This document shows, in pieces, positions 13,601 through 26,119 of a DNA stretch of 64,000 bases. The translations under genes were made by a program, and so were the position numbers. The stretch lies in contig NC_092672.1 of assembly GCF_964355755.1 (NCBI RefSeq), forward strand, positions 32,804,437-32,868,436, given 5' to 3'. This stretch comes from Antedon mediterranea (lineage: Eukaryota; Animalia; Echinodermata). Position 1 is the stretch's first letter. Each line of letters begins with the position of its first letter. Under the pieces are notes generated by a model that had not been told where the DNA came from, ran no database searches, and worked only from the letters and a program-made list of their open reading frames with translations.

Positions 13601-13709
13601 TGCATACGAAAATGATAGCCCAAGAGCCACAACCCACGATTCCAGGTCATATCCAGACCGGGTTAAGGATGTTCCTGATGTTTTAACGGCAACAGAACAT
13701 TGTGTTTGA
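10663..13709 (+). CDS. Patched domain-containing (PTCHD3/patched-related, SSD/RND-type 12-TM) protein, copy A, 2 coding exons
   Basis: Exons 10663-11668 and 11932-13709 (phase-1 GT-AG intron) join as LILSIGVDDMFIMLAAW. Motifs RYPWPFLIIP, SITITSITD and CIGFSVDFSAH are present. A 5'-UTR acceptor sits at 10647-10648 and a candidate donor GTGAGT at 10054. Confidence 0.93.
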
Positions 13710-14159
13710 ATAATACAGTATTAGCAGAATAGGAGAAGAAGTGACATATACGTGTTGATAGCAATTTTAATTTTGACTTCCTGTTGCTCTCCTAACGGAA
13801 ATAAACACGAGGATTTTGTTGATTCTCTAGTGTCAAAAAATATATCTTTTTTTCTAGCTAACATTTTTACTTAAAAAATATATAGGGGCCTATATATTTT
13901 AATGTATTGTATATTCCACTATGTCTTTTATTTAATGCAAAAAATGAATGTTTATGAGTTGGATGGTGGAGAATATTTCATGCAATCTCGACTACTCTAC
14001 AAAATGCAAAACATTCATTATTTGTTTAGGACAATAATACGATCGTTTGATAGTAGGCCTACTGGTAAATGTATTCTGCTTTTAATGTCCATGCTTTAAT
14101 GACTTTCTTTTTGTTTGTGTATATATATATTACTTGGAGGAGGAAAACATATTTAAAAC

Positions 14160-14480
14160 AAATGCTAGGTGGCAGCACAAAATTATGCTTGGCACAATTT
14201 TAGAAAAATGTCACAAAACATGGTGTAAGAGGGCGGTATTTTAATATGTTGTTAGTATCGCAAAAGCGAAAAGTAAAAAGAAAAAAAACACCGGTATAGG
14301 CCTATCGGGTTTTTGGCCAAATTATGCTAGATTTTGTTAAAATTATGCTAATTTTTTTCTCAAAAAAATGCTAGATCATGGGAATCAACCTTCAAAATTG
14401 GTATATCAGAATTATGTCAGATTATGCTAGATGCTATATAGGTCAAAATTATGCTAGACGGCATAATTATGCTAGATTTG
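14160..14480. repeat. Cluster of AAATTATGCTAG motifs (likely a DNA-transposon subterminal region)
   Basis: About 8 irregularly spaced direct copies of attatgcta(g). Confidence 0.55.
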
Positions 14481-14575
14481 GCCACTATGAAAAACATATG
14501 TATGGAACGCTCACATATGACATCTTCTTTCCGAAAAATGCGACCGATTAAAAATGAATAATTATTTGTACATAA

Positions 14576-15403
14576 ATATCACTTACTCCTACACGGTAGC
14601 TCCTGGAAACACTAAAGCAGACCGGATGACCAATGCTTTGTTTCTACTAGGCCTGCCCATGCTGCAAGCCCGGCTGTAAGGTGCCGTTTCAACAATACTC
14701 GGGGTTCTTGTCCTAGCTTTCTCGGACTATTATATATTCCGTACATTGTTTTAAAACTCTGTTTTTGGTGATTGTTTTTGGATTGTATCATGGGTTATTC
14801 GTTATGCCAGTAAGTATTAACAATGTTTGGACCAGAGTCTTCTAAACTTCGAAAAGATACTAGAAAATCGGTGAGAGGTATGAGTTTTAATTCCGAAAGT
14901 ACTAGACGGGCATTGCGAAAACGAGATCATACCATACGAAGAAGCAATGCAAATGCCAATAATAACCCAATAGAGCCAGAAACCGTGATCCCAGGTCAAA
15001 TCCCAGACCCGGTTAAGGATGTTTATGCGGCTAAAATGTCAGTTAGTACTATAGATGTAAAATGGCAACAAGACATTGTGTTAGAATAATATAACAGAAT
15101 AGGAGAAGAAGTGAGTTATACGTATTGGAAGCCATTTTAATTTTTTTTTTTTTTTTGCTCTCTTAACGGAAATAAAAAGAAAATGTATTATTATTCTGCT
15201 ATTATTTTGTCAAAAAATATGTTTTCTATCTAACATTTTTATTTAAAAAAAAATATTTTACTGTACCGGGCCTATTTTATATTCAACTATGTCTTTTTAT
15301 GAGTTGAATGGTGGAGAATATTTCATTCAATATTCTCCACAATACTAAAAATGCAAAACATTCACTATTTGTTTATGACAATAATAAGATCGTTTGATAG
15401 TAG
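14576..15403 (+). pseudogene. Partial duplicate of the 3' end (last TMs, C-tail, 3' UTR) of PTCHD3-like copy A
   Basis: Aligns by eye to ~13243-14055. It carries an insertion (cccggctgtaa) at ~14669 and extra bases at ~14750 and ~14813 that break the frame. ORF 14823-15089 is its residual tail. Confidence 0.9.
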
Positions 15404-15938
15404 TACACGTCTACCAAACACCATGTGATCCACAATCGTCCAACCAAATGACAAGAATCTATTTAGGTGTGTTTTATACAATGTTCATACACTTTTTAAA
15501 CTTGCTACCTATACTAAAAATATTTATATAAATATAATTTTACAATCCTTTTTTTATGCTTTTAATGTCTAAATTCATTGAATAATAATATAATATAAGT
15601 TTAACTTCCATTGTTTGTGTATATTGCTTGTAATATTTTTTTCTTATGTTACTTGCATATTGTTTAATTATTTTGACCAAATAAATGAACGAATGACCTC
15701 TGAATATTTTTGGAAGCAAAGATATTTTTTGAGATTTAAATTTTATAAAATATTAATTTTTACTTGTTGTTAATTGTGGTTTGTGTAATGTATTATTAAA
15801 TTATTTTTAACAACTTGCTTGTGTGTGTCTGTTTGTATTTAGCATAAATAATGCTATGATTTTGTAAATGCATATTCAGTTAAGGGGAAAATCAGCACGG
15901 TGGTGATGTTACAAAAGTTGTCAAAACAATATAGATTA

Positions 15939-16250
15939 ATAATAATAATGATATCCTGGATTTATATAGCGCCGAATGTCGTGAAATCTCTAACCGCTAA
16001 ACATTATTACCCGTCATTTTTTGTGTGGATCAAACACGTATGGAAACATAATCCCATAATGCAGCTAGGAATCAGCGCAAAGTTGTGTCTTGATCTAACC
16101 GGGTACCCATTTATACACCTGAGTAGAGAAGAGGCAAACCTATAGGCAAAGTATTTTGCCTAAGGATACAAGCAATGCGCCAGCGTTGGATTCCAACCTC
16201 GATCTCACGATCAATAGTCCGATGTCCAACACACTGCGGCACACGCCCTC
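15939..16250 (-). mobile_element. tRNA-derived CORE-type SINE with an L2-like 3' tail
   Basis: Minus strand: degenerate tRNA head (B-box-like ggttggaatcc), central tccttaggcaaaatact...ctcaggtgtataaatgggtacc, 3' gcgctatataaat followed by (att)n. Confidence 0.7.
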
Positions 16251-17260
16251 ACTTGATTATCTTCTAGAAAGTAGGAAACCTTTTGTCATTTCCCCCTGAC
16301 TGTAATACCTGAGGATGTACATTATGCGGAAAATATTTTAAATGTTTCTTCCCATGTCAAAACGATTTCTCCGTAAAACCTTTTTCCCCACTATGCGAGT
16401 ATTATCGCGCGAATCGAACATTTCTAAATTCAATTAAATGAACTAACTGATTTTTTTTATTTAAAAAAAAACACATAAACATACCATTGACAAAAGGTGA
16501 AAAGATTTAGTTAAAAGAAACTATCAAAGCTTAACAAAGCTTGCATAAGAAATAGTATAATTACGAAATAACTCCTAAAGCATATTAAAATAAACATATA
16601 CAACATATAAGTTGTAGCTTAGGCCTAAATAGTTTAATAGTAGACGAACATTCGCCCATGTAAAACTGAACATAAAGTAATGAGCAAATAAACTGATATA
16701 TTCAACTTTATAATGGGTAACCCTTCCAGCTGAGCACTATTTTTTTTTTTGCATTCGCAACGTACTTTATTCAAAATATTAAATAATAGGCCTATATACC
16801 AAAAGAAACAGGTGCTTGACAGTTTGGTAACCATTTAAATGTAAAGTACATAATAATTATGCCAGACAACATTAAAAAACAAAACAAAAGACAACATGAT
16901 GGGACACTCCTCTGTGGGAAAAGGGAAAAATTCCCATCTACTTTTAATAGTGACGCACATAAGCGCGATCACCAATCAAAGTGACCACCACATCAATAAT
17001 ATCAGTTTATATTCAGAGGCTTTAATTCCAATTAAATGCCTGCTAGAAAAATATATTGAAATTACAGTACATTGAGCATTTTACAGTATTATACTATAAA
17101 CATAAACAATATATATATATATAATATAATAATAAAATTATACAATTTAATTTTATAATGAACCTACTATTCCAAATATATAAATTATATTTAGGTATGT
17201 GTATAACATTCTTTATACTATTATTTATCTAACCCTAACTCTAACCCTAACCCAATTATT

Positions 17261-17473
17261 TGTTGATATAAACTTTGCGGTACACCACGTGTATGAGTTC
17301 TGAAAATAACTGTTGAGTTTCTCGACGTTTCGACTAATATGAGAACGATCAAAGAATATTGATCGAAACGTCGAGAAACTCAACAGTTCTTTTCAGAACT
17401 AATACACGTGGTGTACCGCAAACTTTATATGAACATTAGATTTCGCCATGCAAACCTTCAAACAATATTTAAA
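17261..17473. mobile_element. Penelope-like element terminal remnant in fold-back arrangement, with a degenerate hammerhead-like core
   Basis: ~75-bp inverted arms (17261-17435) centred on cgacgtttcg...cgaaacgtcg, a tail cgccatgcaaaccttcaaacaat, and a flanking direct repeat CCAATTATT (17252-17260, 17474-17482). Confidence 0.65.
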
Positions 17474-17875
17474 CCAATTATTATTTTATTTTGTGATTTG
17501 ATAAATTTTGACACTTTGTCAAGAAACGTTAGGCTCTGTCTCACGATCAAACAAAAAATGTGATGTGGCAAATACCAAAATATTTATACTTAAGAACATA
17601 ATTATCATTATTAGATATCACCTTTTAGGTAGATTCAATTCCTTATTGAATCTCACCGTACGTTACAATATTGTCATAGAAAACAAGTAGCACAGAACGA
17701 AAACAAACTAAAAATGTTTACAAAAAAAACCAAAAAACGCCACGTGATATGTAATTAACCAATCAAATTGCAAGAATACAAACAGGTGTATAGGCAGGCT
17801 AAAGTGCGTGTTTGTGTGAAATTGTGTACAGTATAGGCCTACATATGACATACTTTGCAAAAGATACAACTTCAT

Positions 17876-20800
17876 TCACTTGTCGAGTTTGACATCTGAC
17901 AGTTGGACACCTTCAATATTATTATCTACTTGCTGATTTTGATCTGCGCTATTAAAGTATTTCTTCATAGACAAATCTCTTTTACCAAGAGCAGATACCA
18001 CACCGTGTGAATGGAAGGTCTTACCTCGTGTGACCTTAGTACGTGTGGATTTTGAAGAAGTCGGTCCAAACATTGTTAATAGCACAGGCATAACGAATAA
18101 CCCGTGATACAACCCAAATACAATCACCAAAAAAAGAGTTTTAAACAATGTACGGAATATATAATAGTCCGAGAAAGCTAAGACAAGAACCCCGAGAATT
18201 GTTGAAACGGCACCTTGCAGCATGGGCATGCCTAGTAGAAACAAAGCATTGTTCATCCGGTCTTCCTTAGTGCTTCCAGGAGCTACCGTGTAGGAATAAG
18301 CGATATGTGCAGAGAAATCAACACTGAACCCGATGCATAGGATGATGACGATCATAGATATAGAATCAAGACGTACACCCCAAAATGTCATGTATCCAAC
18401 AACCCCAACTTCAATGGATGCAATGGCCGCTACTACCCAGATGCAACAAGTAAGACTTGGAATTAGAAGGATTGACACTATAAACATTGCCGCTAAAGCA
18501 ATGACAAGATTATAAAGAGTTGCTGGTAAAATGGCACTGTACTGGTCAAAGAAAACAAAAAGGGTGTTGTATGGAAATGTCGCATAAGGCGAGGCTTCTG
18601 AAACGTCACGTGTTTGCTCCAATAATTCCCTTTCTCTTTCTGTGCTTGAGATATCTTTAGAGAGTAAGATAAACCGTGACGCAATGATTTCTGTGGAATT
18701 CTCATCTTCGAACACAATATCTTGTGAGTAATGTGCGTACGCAGCGACCTGCAGAAACTGCTGACGTAATATCGTGATGAACTCAACATTATTACTGTAA
18801 GTGATGCTGGCAGTCTGTAGATAAAACAAGTAGTACCGAAGCCATGATTCGGTAAATTCTGACGAATGGATAACATCAAGAGATTCATAGTCTGAAGTAA
18901 GTTTTTCGATGTTCGCCTGAACCGTAGTATCAGAATAATCGAGGGGTTCGGTAATTGCCACCATTACACTGGGACCGTACTCGCGGAGATATTGATATTC
19001 ATATTCGTAGAAATCGTTTACATAAGAGTCGTCGGCAGCTAAATTATTGGGAGCAAGACCCTCTTTTAAGTTCAAGACTCCCCAGATCCCACAAGCCAGA
19101 TATGTAACATACGAAAGTAATACAACGATTTTAGATATGTTGTGAAGAACCAGAGGTCCAAACCAGGTCTTAAAAAATCGCATGAGCGAGCTTGGAGAAA
19201 ACTGTATAAGACTTGGAGCATGTTTACCTGACGACTCGTGAGCCGGTCCTCCAGCACACATCACCCTGTAGCAAGGATTTGGCGCTTCATCATCCGGCTT
19301 AACTTTCTGAAATGTCAGGCAGTGACGATTAGCCGATTCGCGGTATCCGAACAGTACCATAGCTGCAGCGAAAAAGGTGATTTGAAACATGAAATCAGCA
19401 ATGACGGCAGTAGCGGCATACGTGCAAAATATTTGAACAGATGGAAAGATAGAAAAGACACCGACAGCGAACGCTAGCCCATCTGTAATGCTGGTGATGG
19501 TTATTGACAAGGCAGCCTCGCTAAAAGCTCTGGACATCCGGTCTTCAACGGAGCTGCAAATGTTTGTGTTTCTCCAAGCAGCTAACATAATAAACATATC
19601 ATCTACTCCAATACCTAGAAAAAAACATTAATAACTATTAATAGGATAGAGTTGTAGCTTTCATCGTCGTCGTTGTACGGACGCATTGCGTCACGAAACA
19701 AGTCGAGTCTACAACCGGAGTTTGGAAGACTATTTTCGGATTATTTTTATTGGGACATCCAGCGTTGTTAAACATTATTGGTATTTGTTATGATAGAGTT
19801 GTACATATCTAATCCAATCCTAGGTTTTGGCACTAACAAAGATGGAGCCCTCATTTACACTACAGTCTACTTACTTAGAATAAGAACTGGTAAACATGCC
19901 ACAACTTCGGTAAATTCTGATCCACAGTAACTTAACAATCCAAATGATGATGCTATTGCAAAAACAGCTGATAGTACACCAGTAAGGCACAGCAGTGGTT
20001 TATTCTGAACCCAGTCACGTTTGTTACTCGACAAGACGGCATAGAAAATTAGAAGACTTGTACCAATTGTAAGTACGGGAACAATCTGATCAATGACCTT
20101 TGCAAGTTCTGTATCCAACGAGCGCGTCGTGTACACGCGTATATCAAGCAAATCTGATTGGTAGTTCTGTAGAAAATCAATAAAAGCGGCACTCCAAACA
20201 TTAGTTGCTCCTCTGACACTTCTGTCAATGGATAGATAATAATTCAACTTTACTAAGAACGCACGCTCGAGTTGAGTATCAGAATCAGATTGGTAAGTAA
20301 CGCCACCAACGTCAGTCCCAAGAAAGTACTCAATTCCAGATCCATCTACGTGCAGTGGATAAGTTATTGTTAAGTTATCGAGATTATCCACATCATCTTC
20401 AAATGCCTTGATAACTAACAGAGGGAGACATTCACCATCAACAGCCAGGCATAGATCCTCCCAACCATACTCAATCCCGTTACTTGTGATGGTTATATTC
20501 GTTATTTCTTCGTGTAAGTTAAGAATTTCTGAAAATATTTCAGTTGAGAGTGCGTTTCCATTTTCCTCTTTTGCGGAAATTAAAGCAAAAGAATACAAAA
20601 TGGTGCGCGTTAGGCGAGTGACAGACGCAGCGTTGACATCGTCTGACGTAAAAAGAGATTCAAGTATTTCACGGTCAACCTTAGCCTGACCATCAACTGG
20701 TGTGTACAGATATTCCACACTAGACACAGTAGTTAAGTTACTAATTCCGTATCCTAGCCCGATTGCTACTAGTACAGGGATGATCAGAAATGGCCACGGG

Positions 20801-20880
20801 TACCGGGCAATGATACGTCCATATTTGGCGTACAGTTTGATTAAATTCTGTTCAATAAAATCCAAGCGAGGGCGCTTCAT
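17876..20880 (-). CDS. Patched domain-containing (PTCHD3/patched-related) protein, copy B, 2 coding exons
   Basis: Exons 19875-20880 and 17876-19614, with the same intron position and phase as copy A. The protein is nearly identical to A except at the termini. Confidence 0.93.
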
Positions 20881-21693
20881 GTTGGTGGATATGCAGTAGG
20901 TCTACAAATCTGTAAATAAACATACCACCGGTTAGTTAGTACAAGTCATTTAATTGACACAAACAAGAACTACAAACAACTGTGACGTCATGGGAATTGA
21001 ACTCGATCATTATTCAGATTGATCACCATGTTTACAACATGAATACATTGAGAAGGCCCTAATAATTAGCTCCCTCAAACCGTTTGTTATGATTTTATAA
21101 ATTACTATTAAACACAATTTATTGGTAGACGTCTGTTGGTCCTTTCCCTTCATCTATAATAAAAATGTAATACATACTTTATGGTCTAATCTCGCGCCCT
21201 TTCTCTGGTGGTCCTCCGTTTATGTGTGGTGGTAAAGACTTTAGTCCGTGAGTTGACAGGCCTAAAGTATAAATGCTGAATATGGGAAGACGGTCTTCAA
21301 AACATACTCAGTTGATCAGCTCTGCTTACTTTCACTTCTCATCAACAGTTTAGTTTGGAACCTATACCGATTACTTCAAGGTTAGTAAGCTCCTTTTGAA
21401 TGATCAAAAAAATGTGATGAAGCAGCCAAAAATAAAAAACTCAGCGAGTTTAAATTAAATCTCAGACGATGACTCAACCATATCTGATAGTGCTCAGTTA
21501 ATCCGGAGCTTTCCATTGTTATCCACGAAGAACAGGACATACCAAGCGTATTATTGTTAATAATGAATAACACAAAAAGTGACACAGAGGTCAAGAACAT
21601 CACAACAACAGGCAAAATTAAGAAAGAAAAGGACTTGCAACAAAAGAAAGATACATGCGCATATGATAATCGATGTAACTCAACACAAACAAC

Positions 21694-22307
21694 GGGTCCT
21701 CCTAAATGCCAAGACCTAACAAGACCTACCAAGAACTACCAAGACCTACCAAGACCTGTCAATTTAAAGTGTTAATTTAACGAAATATGATATATATATA
21801 TATATATACAGTAGACTTCTAATAGCATTTCCAACAACAAAACCTCGATTTTGACACCAAAAATGTTACGAAAATGTTAAATATCGACTTCGCGAAACGA
21901 ACTGAGTTGATGCATCATTGCGTCACAAATGTCCGTATTGCGTCAACTAGTATGGCTCACTGACACTCGACGCAGCTCTCGTGTCGTAGGCCTACTGTGT
22001 TGTATGCCTACATTTAACATTTTTGGTGTCTATAACGCGCTGAAATTTAGGTTTTATTGTTGGAAATGCTATTAGAAGTCTATATATATCCTATTTCGTT
22101 AAATTAACACTTTAAATTGACAAGTCCTGGTAGGTCTTGGTAATTCTTGGTAGGTCATACTAGTTGACGCAATACGGACATTTGTGACGCAATGTATGCA
22201 TCAACTCAGTTCGTTTCGCGAACGCAAAGCTTGTCGATTATTAACATTTTTGGTGTCTATATCGCGCTAAAATTGAGGTTTTGTTGTTGGAAATTCTATT
22301 AGAAGAA

Positions 22308-22341
<34 letters not shown>

Positions 22342-22419
22342 TATTTCGTTAAATTAACACTTTAAATTGACAGGTCTAATTGGTAGTTCTTGGTAGGTCT
22401 TTGATATTTAGGAGGACCC
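21694..22419. mobile_element. Fold-back MITE with 8-bp TSD and GG termini (Merlin- or Mutator-like)
   Basis: TIR GGGTCCTCCTAAAT...ATTTAGGAGGACCC. TSD CAAACAAC at 21686-21693 and 22420-22427. Long internal inverted arms contain (TA)n. Confidence 0.85.
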
Positions 22420-22548
22420 CAAACAACATCAACTGCTTATCATCATGTCTCAAGAAAACGTCCGAGGGTATTGTACTTTTTTTACACAGCAGATACGGTG
22501 ATTCTATTGTAGTGAAATGATAAACATTATTACACTACAAATCTATAT

Positions 22549-24751
22549 TAGACAAGTTCTATTTCCTCTGAAATATGATGTAAGAAGCATTTTTGGGTAG
22601 AAGCTGGGATCCACTTGATTAAGGATATTTCGACCTCGCTGATTATGAATATGGCGGATCCCAAGCGAAATTCGGCCATCTAAGCCCTTAATTTGCATAA
22701 TTAAAAATGGCGGCCATTTTTTATAATTACCCTATATCTCGAGAACCACTAGTCACAGATAATTAATTTTGGTGTCAAAATGTTTTAAATATATGTTTTT
22801 ATATTCACTTTAATGACACATTTTCTCAAAAAATGGATGCAAGTCTTATTTCTGATATTTTGACCTTTGACCTTGATTTATCGTATCTCAGTAACCAATA
22901 ATCGGAGAGACACGAAATAGGGCTCAAATTGTTCAGAAACTATACATTCTTATTTATTATAATGAAATGTTTTTACAAAAAATGGCCGATTCTACAACTA
23001 TTGACCTTTGAACTATTAGTCAAATATAATAATATAATAATAATATAACTTTGAAAATTGTGGTCTTATGAATTTTTTTTTCTTTTTACATTGTTTAAAA
23101 CATGTGTGTTTCTATACAGTCTAATGGCACATTTTGTACAAGAATGGCCGATAGTATGGTTATTGACCTTTTAACTACAGCATAGGCCTACTGTATACTG
23201 AATATAATATAATTGCATAACTATGAAATTATTTATACTCAATAATAATTAGTAAAATTATAAAATTCACTGCCATCAAATATGTGATATCTAATGGTAA
23301 ACTTCAACCGGTGCTTCTGAAAAATGAAGCTATTCCTACTGCTTCGTTAGAGATGATTTATTGTGGATGCAAGACACGATACATAACCAATAAATGTAGG
23401 TGCAAGAAGTCAAAACTACCATGTACAGCTTTATGCTGCTGTAACAACGCTAAAGATGACGGAAACCTTTGCATGAATGATCTTAACTGATGCCCTTAAC
23501 ATGTTCATTCCAAATGTAGCTTACGTACGTGTTCACATTTTCTTTTAAATCTATACAATCATAATCCATCATATTGATGGCAAGTAATTTTCAAATGTAG
23601 CTTACGTGTTCAAATTCTTTTTTAAATCTATAATCATAATCCATCATATTGATGGCAGGTACTATACAATCATAATCCATCATATTGGTGGCAGGTAATT
23701 TCCAAATTTCCAAATGTAGCTGACGTGTTCAAATTCTTTTTTAAATCTATAATCATAATCCATCATATTGATGGCAGGTAATTTTCTAATGTAGCTTACG
23801 TGTTCAAATTCTTATTTAAATCTATAATCATAATCCATCATATTGATGGCAGGTAATTTCCAAATGTAGCTGACATGTTCACATTTTAGAAAATCTATAA
23901 GCACACTCCATCATATTGATGGCAGGTAATTTCAAATTTCAAATTTCAAAAAATGTAACTTGCGTATTCAAATTCCTTTTTAAATCTATATAAATCATAA
24001 CACATCATATTTGATGGCAGTGAATTTTATAATTTTACTAATTATTATTGTGTATAAATAATTTCATAGTTATGCAATTATATTATATTTAGTATACAGT
24101 AGGCCTATGCTGTAGTTAAAAGGTCAATAACCATACTATCGGCCATTCTTGTACAAAATATTCCATTAGACTGGATAGAAACACACATGTTTTAAACAAT
24201 TTAAAAAGAAAAAAAAATTCATAAGACCACAATTTTCAAAGTTATATTATTATTATATTATTATATTTGACTAATAGTTCAAAGGTCAATAGTTGTAGAA
24301 TCGGCCATTTTTTGTAAAAACATTTCATTATAATAAATATGAATGTATAGTTTCTGAACAATTTGAGCCCTATTTCGTGTCTCTCCGATTATTGGTTACT
24401 GAGATACGATAAATCAAGGTCAAAGGTCAAAATGTCAGAAATACGACTTGCATCAATTTTTTGAGAAAAAGTGTCATTAAAGTGAATATAAAAACATATA
24501 TTTAAAACATTTTGACACCAAAATTAATTATCTGTGACTAGTGGTTCTCGAGATATAGGGTAATTATAAAAAATGGCCGCCATTTTTAATTATGCAAATT
24601 AAGGGCTTAGATGGCCGAATTTCGCTTGGGATCCGCCATATTCGTAATCAGCGAGGTCGAAATATCATAAATCAAGTGGATCCCAGCTTCTACCCAAAAA
24701 TGCTTCTTGATTCGTTTTCTAGGCCGTTTTTTGAGAAATGGAACCTGTCTA
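22549..24751. mobile_element. Non-autonomous Academ-type DNA transposon with ~700-bp TIRs
   Basis: Termini TAGACA(A/G)GTTC...GAACCTGTCTA with 3-bp TSD TAT. Arms ~22549-23285 and ~24001-24751 are near-perfect inverted copies. Internal ORF 23284-23490 encodes a Cys-rich finger (CGCK...CRCKKSKLPCTALCCC) like the Academ C-terminal Cys8 finger. Confidence 0.85.
23510..24020 (+). repeat. ~70-bp tandem array inside the Academ-type element
   Basis: About 7 copies of aaatgtagcttacgtgttcaaattc...aatctataatcataatccatcatattgatggcaggtaattt. Confidence 0.9.
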
Positions 24752-26119
24752 TATAGAGTAACCATGAAAGCGACTTTGGTATTGACACAGAGGGACAGGT
24801 GTAAGGTCCTATTGTTTTTAATACAATAATTGGCTGAATCACGATTTAAAAGAATATGTGTGTTTTAATCATTTACAGTACCCAAATGACTGCAATTTAA
24901 TTGTTAAGTTCAAAGTATGAAGCCTGCAAAGTAATATTTTCATTAAAGTGGAGTGTTCGGACTGTTTTCTTAATTATCAGTAACATTAAATCCATCAGTG
25001 TGTCCATGGCAAAAGTTGGAATGGACTATGGTGACCAATTAATACAGAAACAGGAAGTTCCCAAGTCCTGTGGGGCTATTTTTGTGTCCAGTTGTGACAA
25101 TTTTATCCTAAATTTCGTCAGTCTATCTTGAGATCTGATCGACTGAACAACGTTCATTAAAGCCTCAGCAAAAGGGTTTTTGGTTTTGTTTTGTTTTTCT
25201 TTTTGGTTTGTTATTCAAATAAAATCATATGAACCCAACTTTGCCGTTTCTTTTTGTGACATCCGACTATGCCCTGTATAATATCCCGTATTACTACACT
25301 ATGACGTAAATTACGTAACTACTAGGTAATCATCAAGTATATAATATATTAATGATCGTCTTTAAATGTTCCCCACCGCAGTCTAGGCATATTAAAAACA
25401 AAATTATTGAGTTATTGCACATCAATCGATCTACCGGAATATTTTAACAAACGAAAAGTCAGTATTTCAATTCCAATTGACGGAGCTTAAGCCATGGTAT
25501 TGTCAGCTTGAATTATATCAAACTTTAGTCGCTCTTATGAATGAGGATTTATTGTAGAGGTCAGAGATTATTTTCCGTACTAGAGTTTTGCAATTCGTTT
25601 CACCTAGTGCTGCACTCGTAAACGTAGGCCTACTAGTTACGTAAAGCAATAAGGTAAATTCGAAGTAAACAAGAAATATTTCTTACAAAAAACGCCGCTC
25701 GCTTGTTGACGTAACAGTTTTAAAGATATGTAGGCCTAGTCCCCATTAAACATTTCTTTTAAGACAGCAAATTTTATAATATCAGCCTAGATTGACAGTC
25801 AAGTGGAAGTCATTGTAAATACCTGCCTATACCAAAATAAAGTATGGTTTATTATGGTGAATTATATATAGATACCTGCCTAGGTTGACAGAAAGAACAA
25901 AGTCTTTATTTATTGAACAAGATTTTACAGATTACTGTCTACATGCATCTGTATTATCAGCAAATGTTTTCATAAACTCTCTTCTCCCAGATGTGCTTTG
26001 GGGCTTGTAATTTTAGCATGACCTGTCCTAGTTTACAAATTCCCAAAAACGTCAGTCTCTAGTACTATAACTGCTGCTTGCTTTCAGATTCTAAATGAGT
26101 CATCCTCTTGGGACGTACC

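Noticed and set aside
17229-17253. CCCTAA repeats as a chromosome-fusion scar
   Set aside because: Only about four units, one degenerate, and such tracts are common in invertebrate repeats.
10563-20899. Duplicated small antisense or alternate-frame ORFs inside both PTCHD3-like genes
   Set aside because: Their apparent conservation simply reflects the DNA identity of the paralogues.
23510-24020. Repeat array as CRISPR-like
   Set aside because: No unique spacers, eukaryotic context, and no cas genes.
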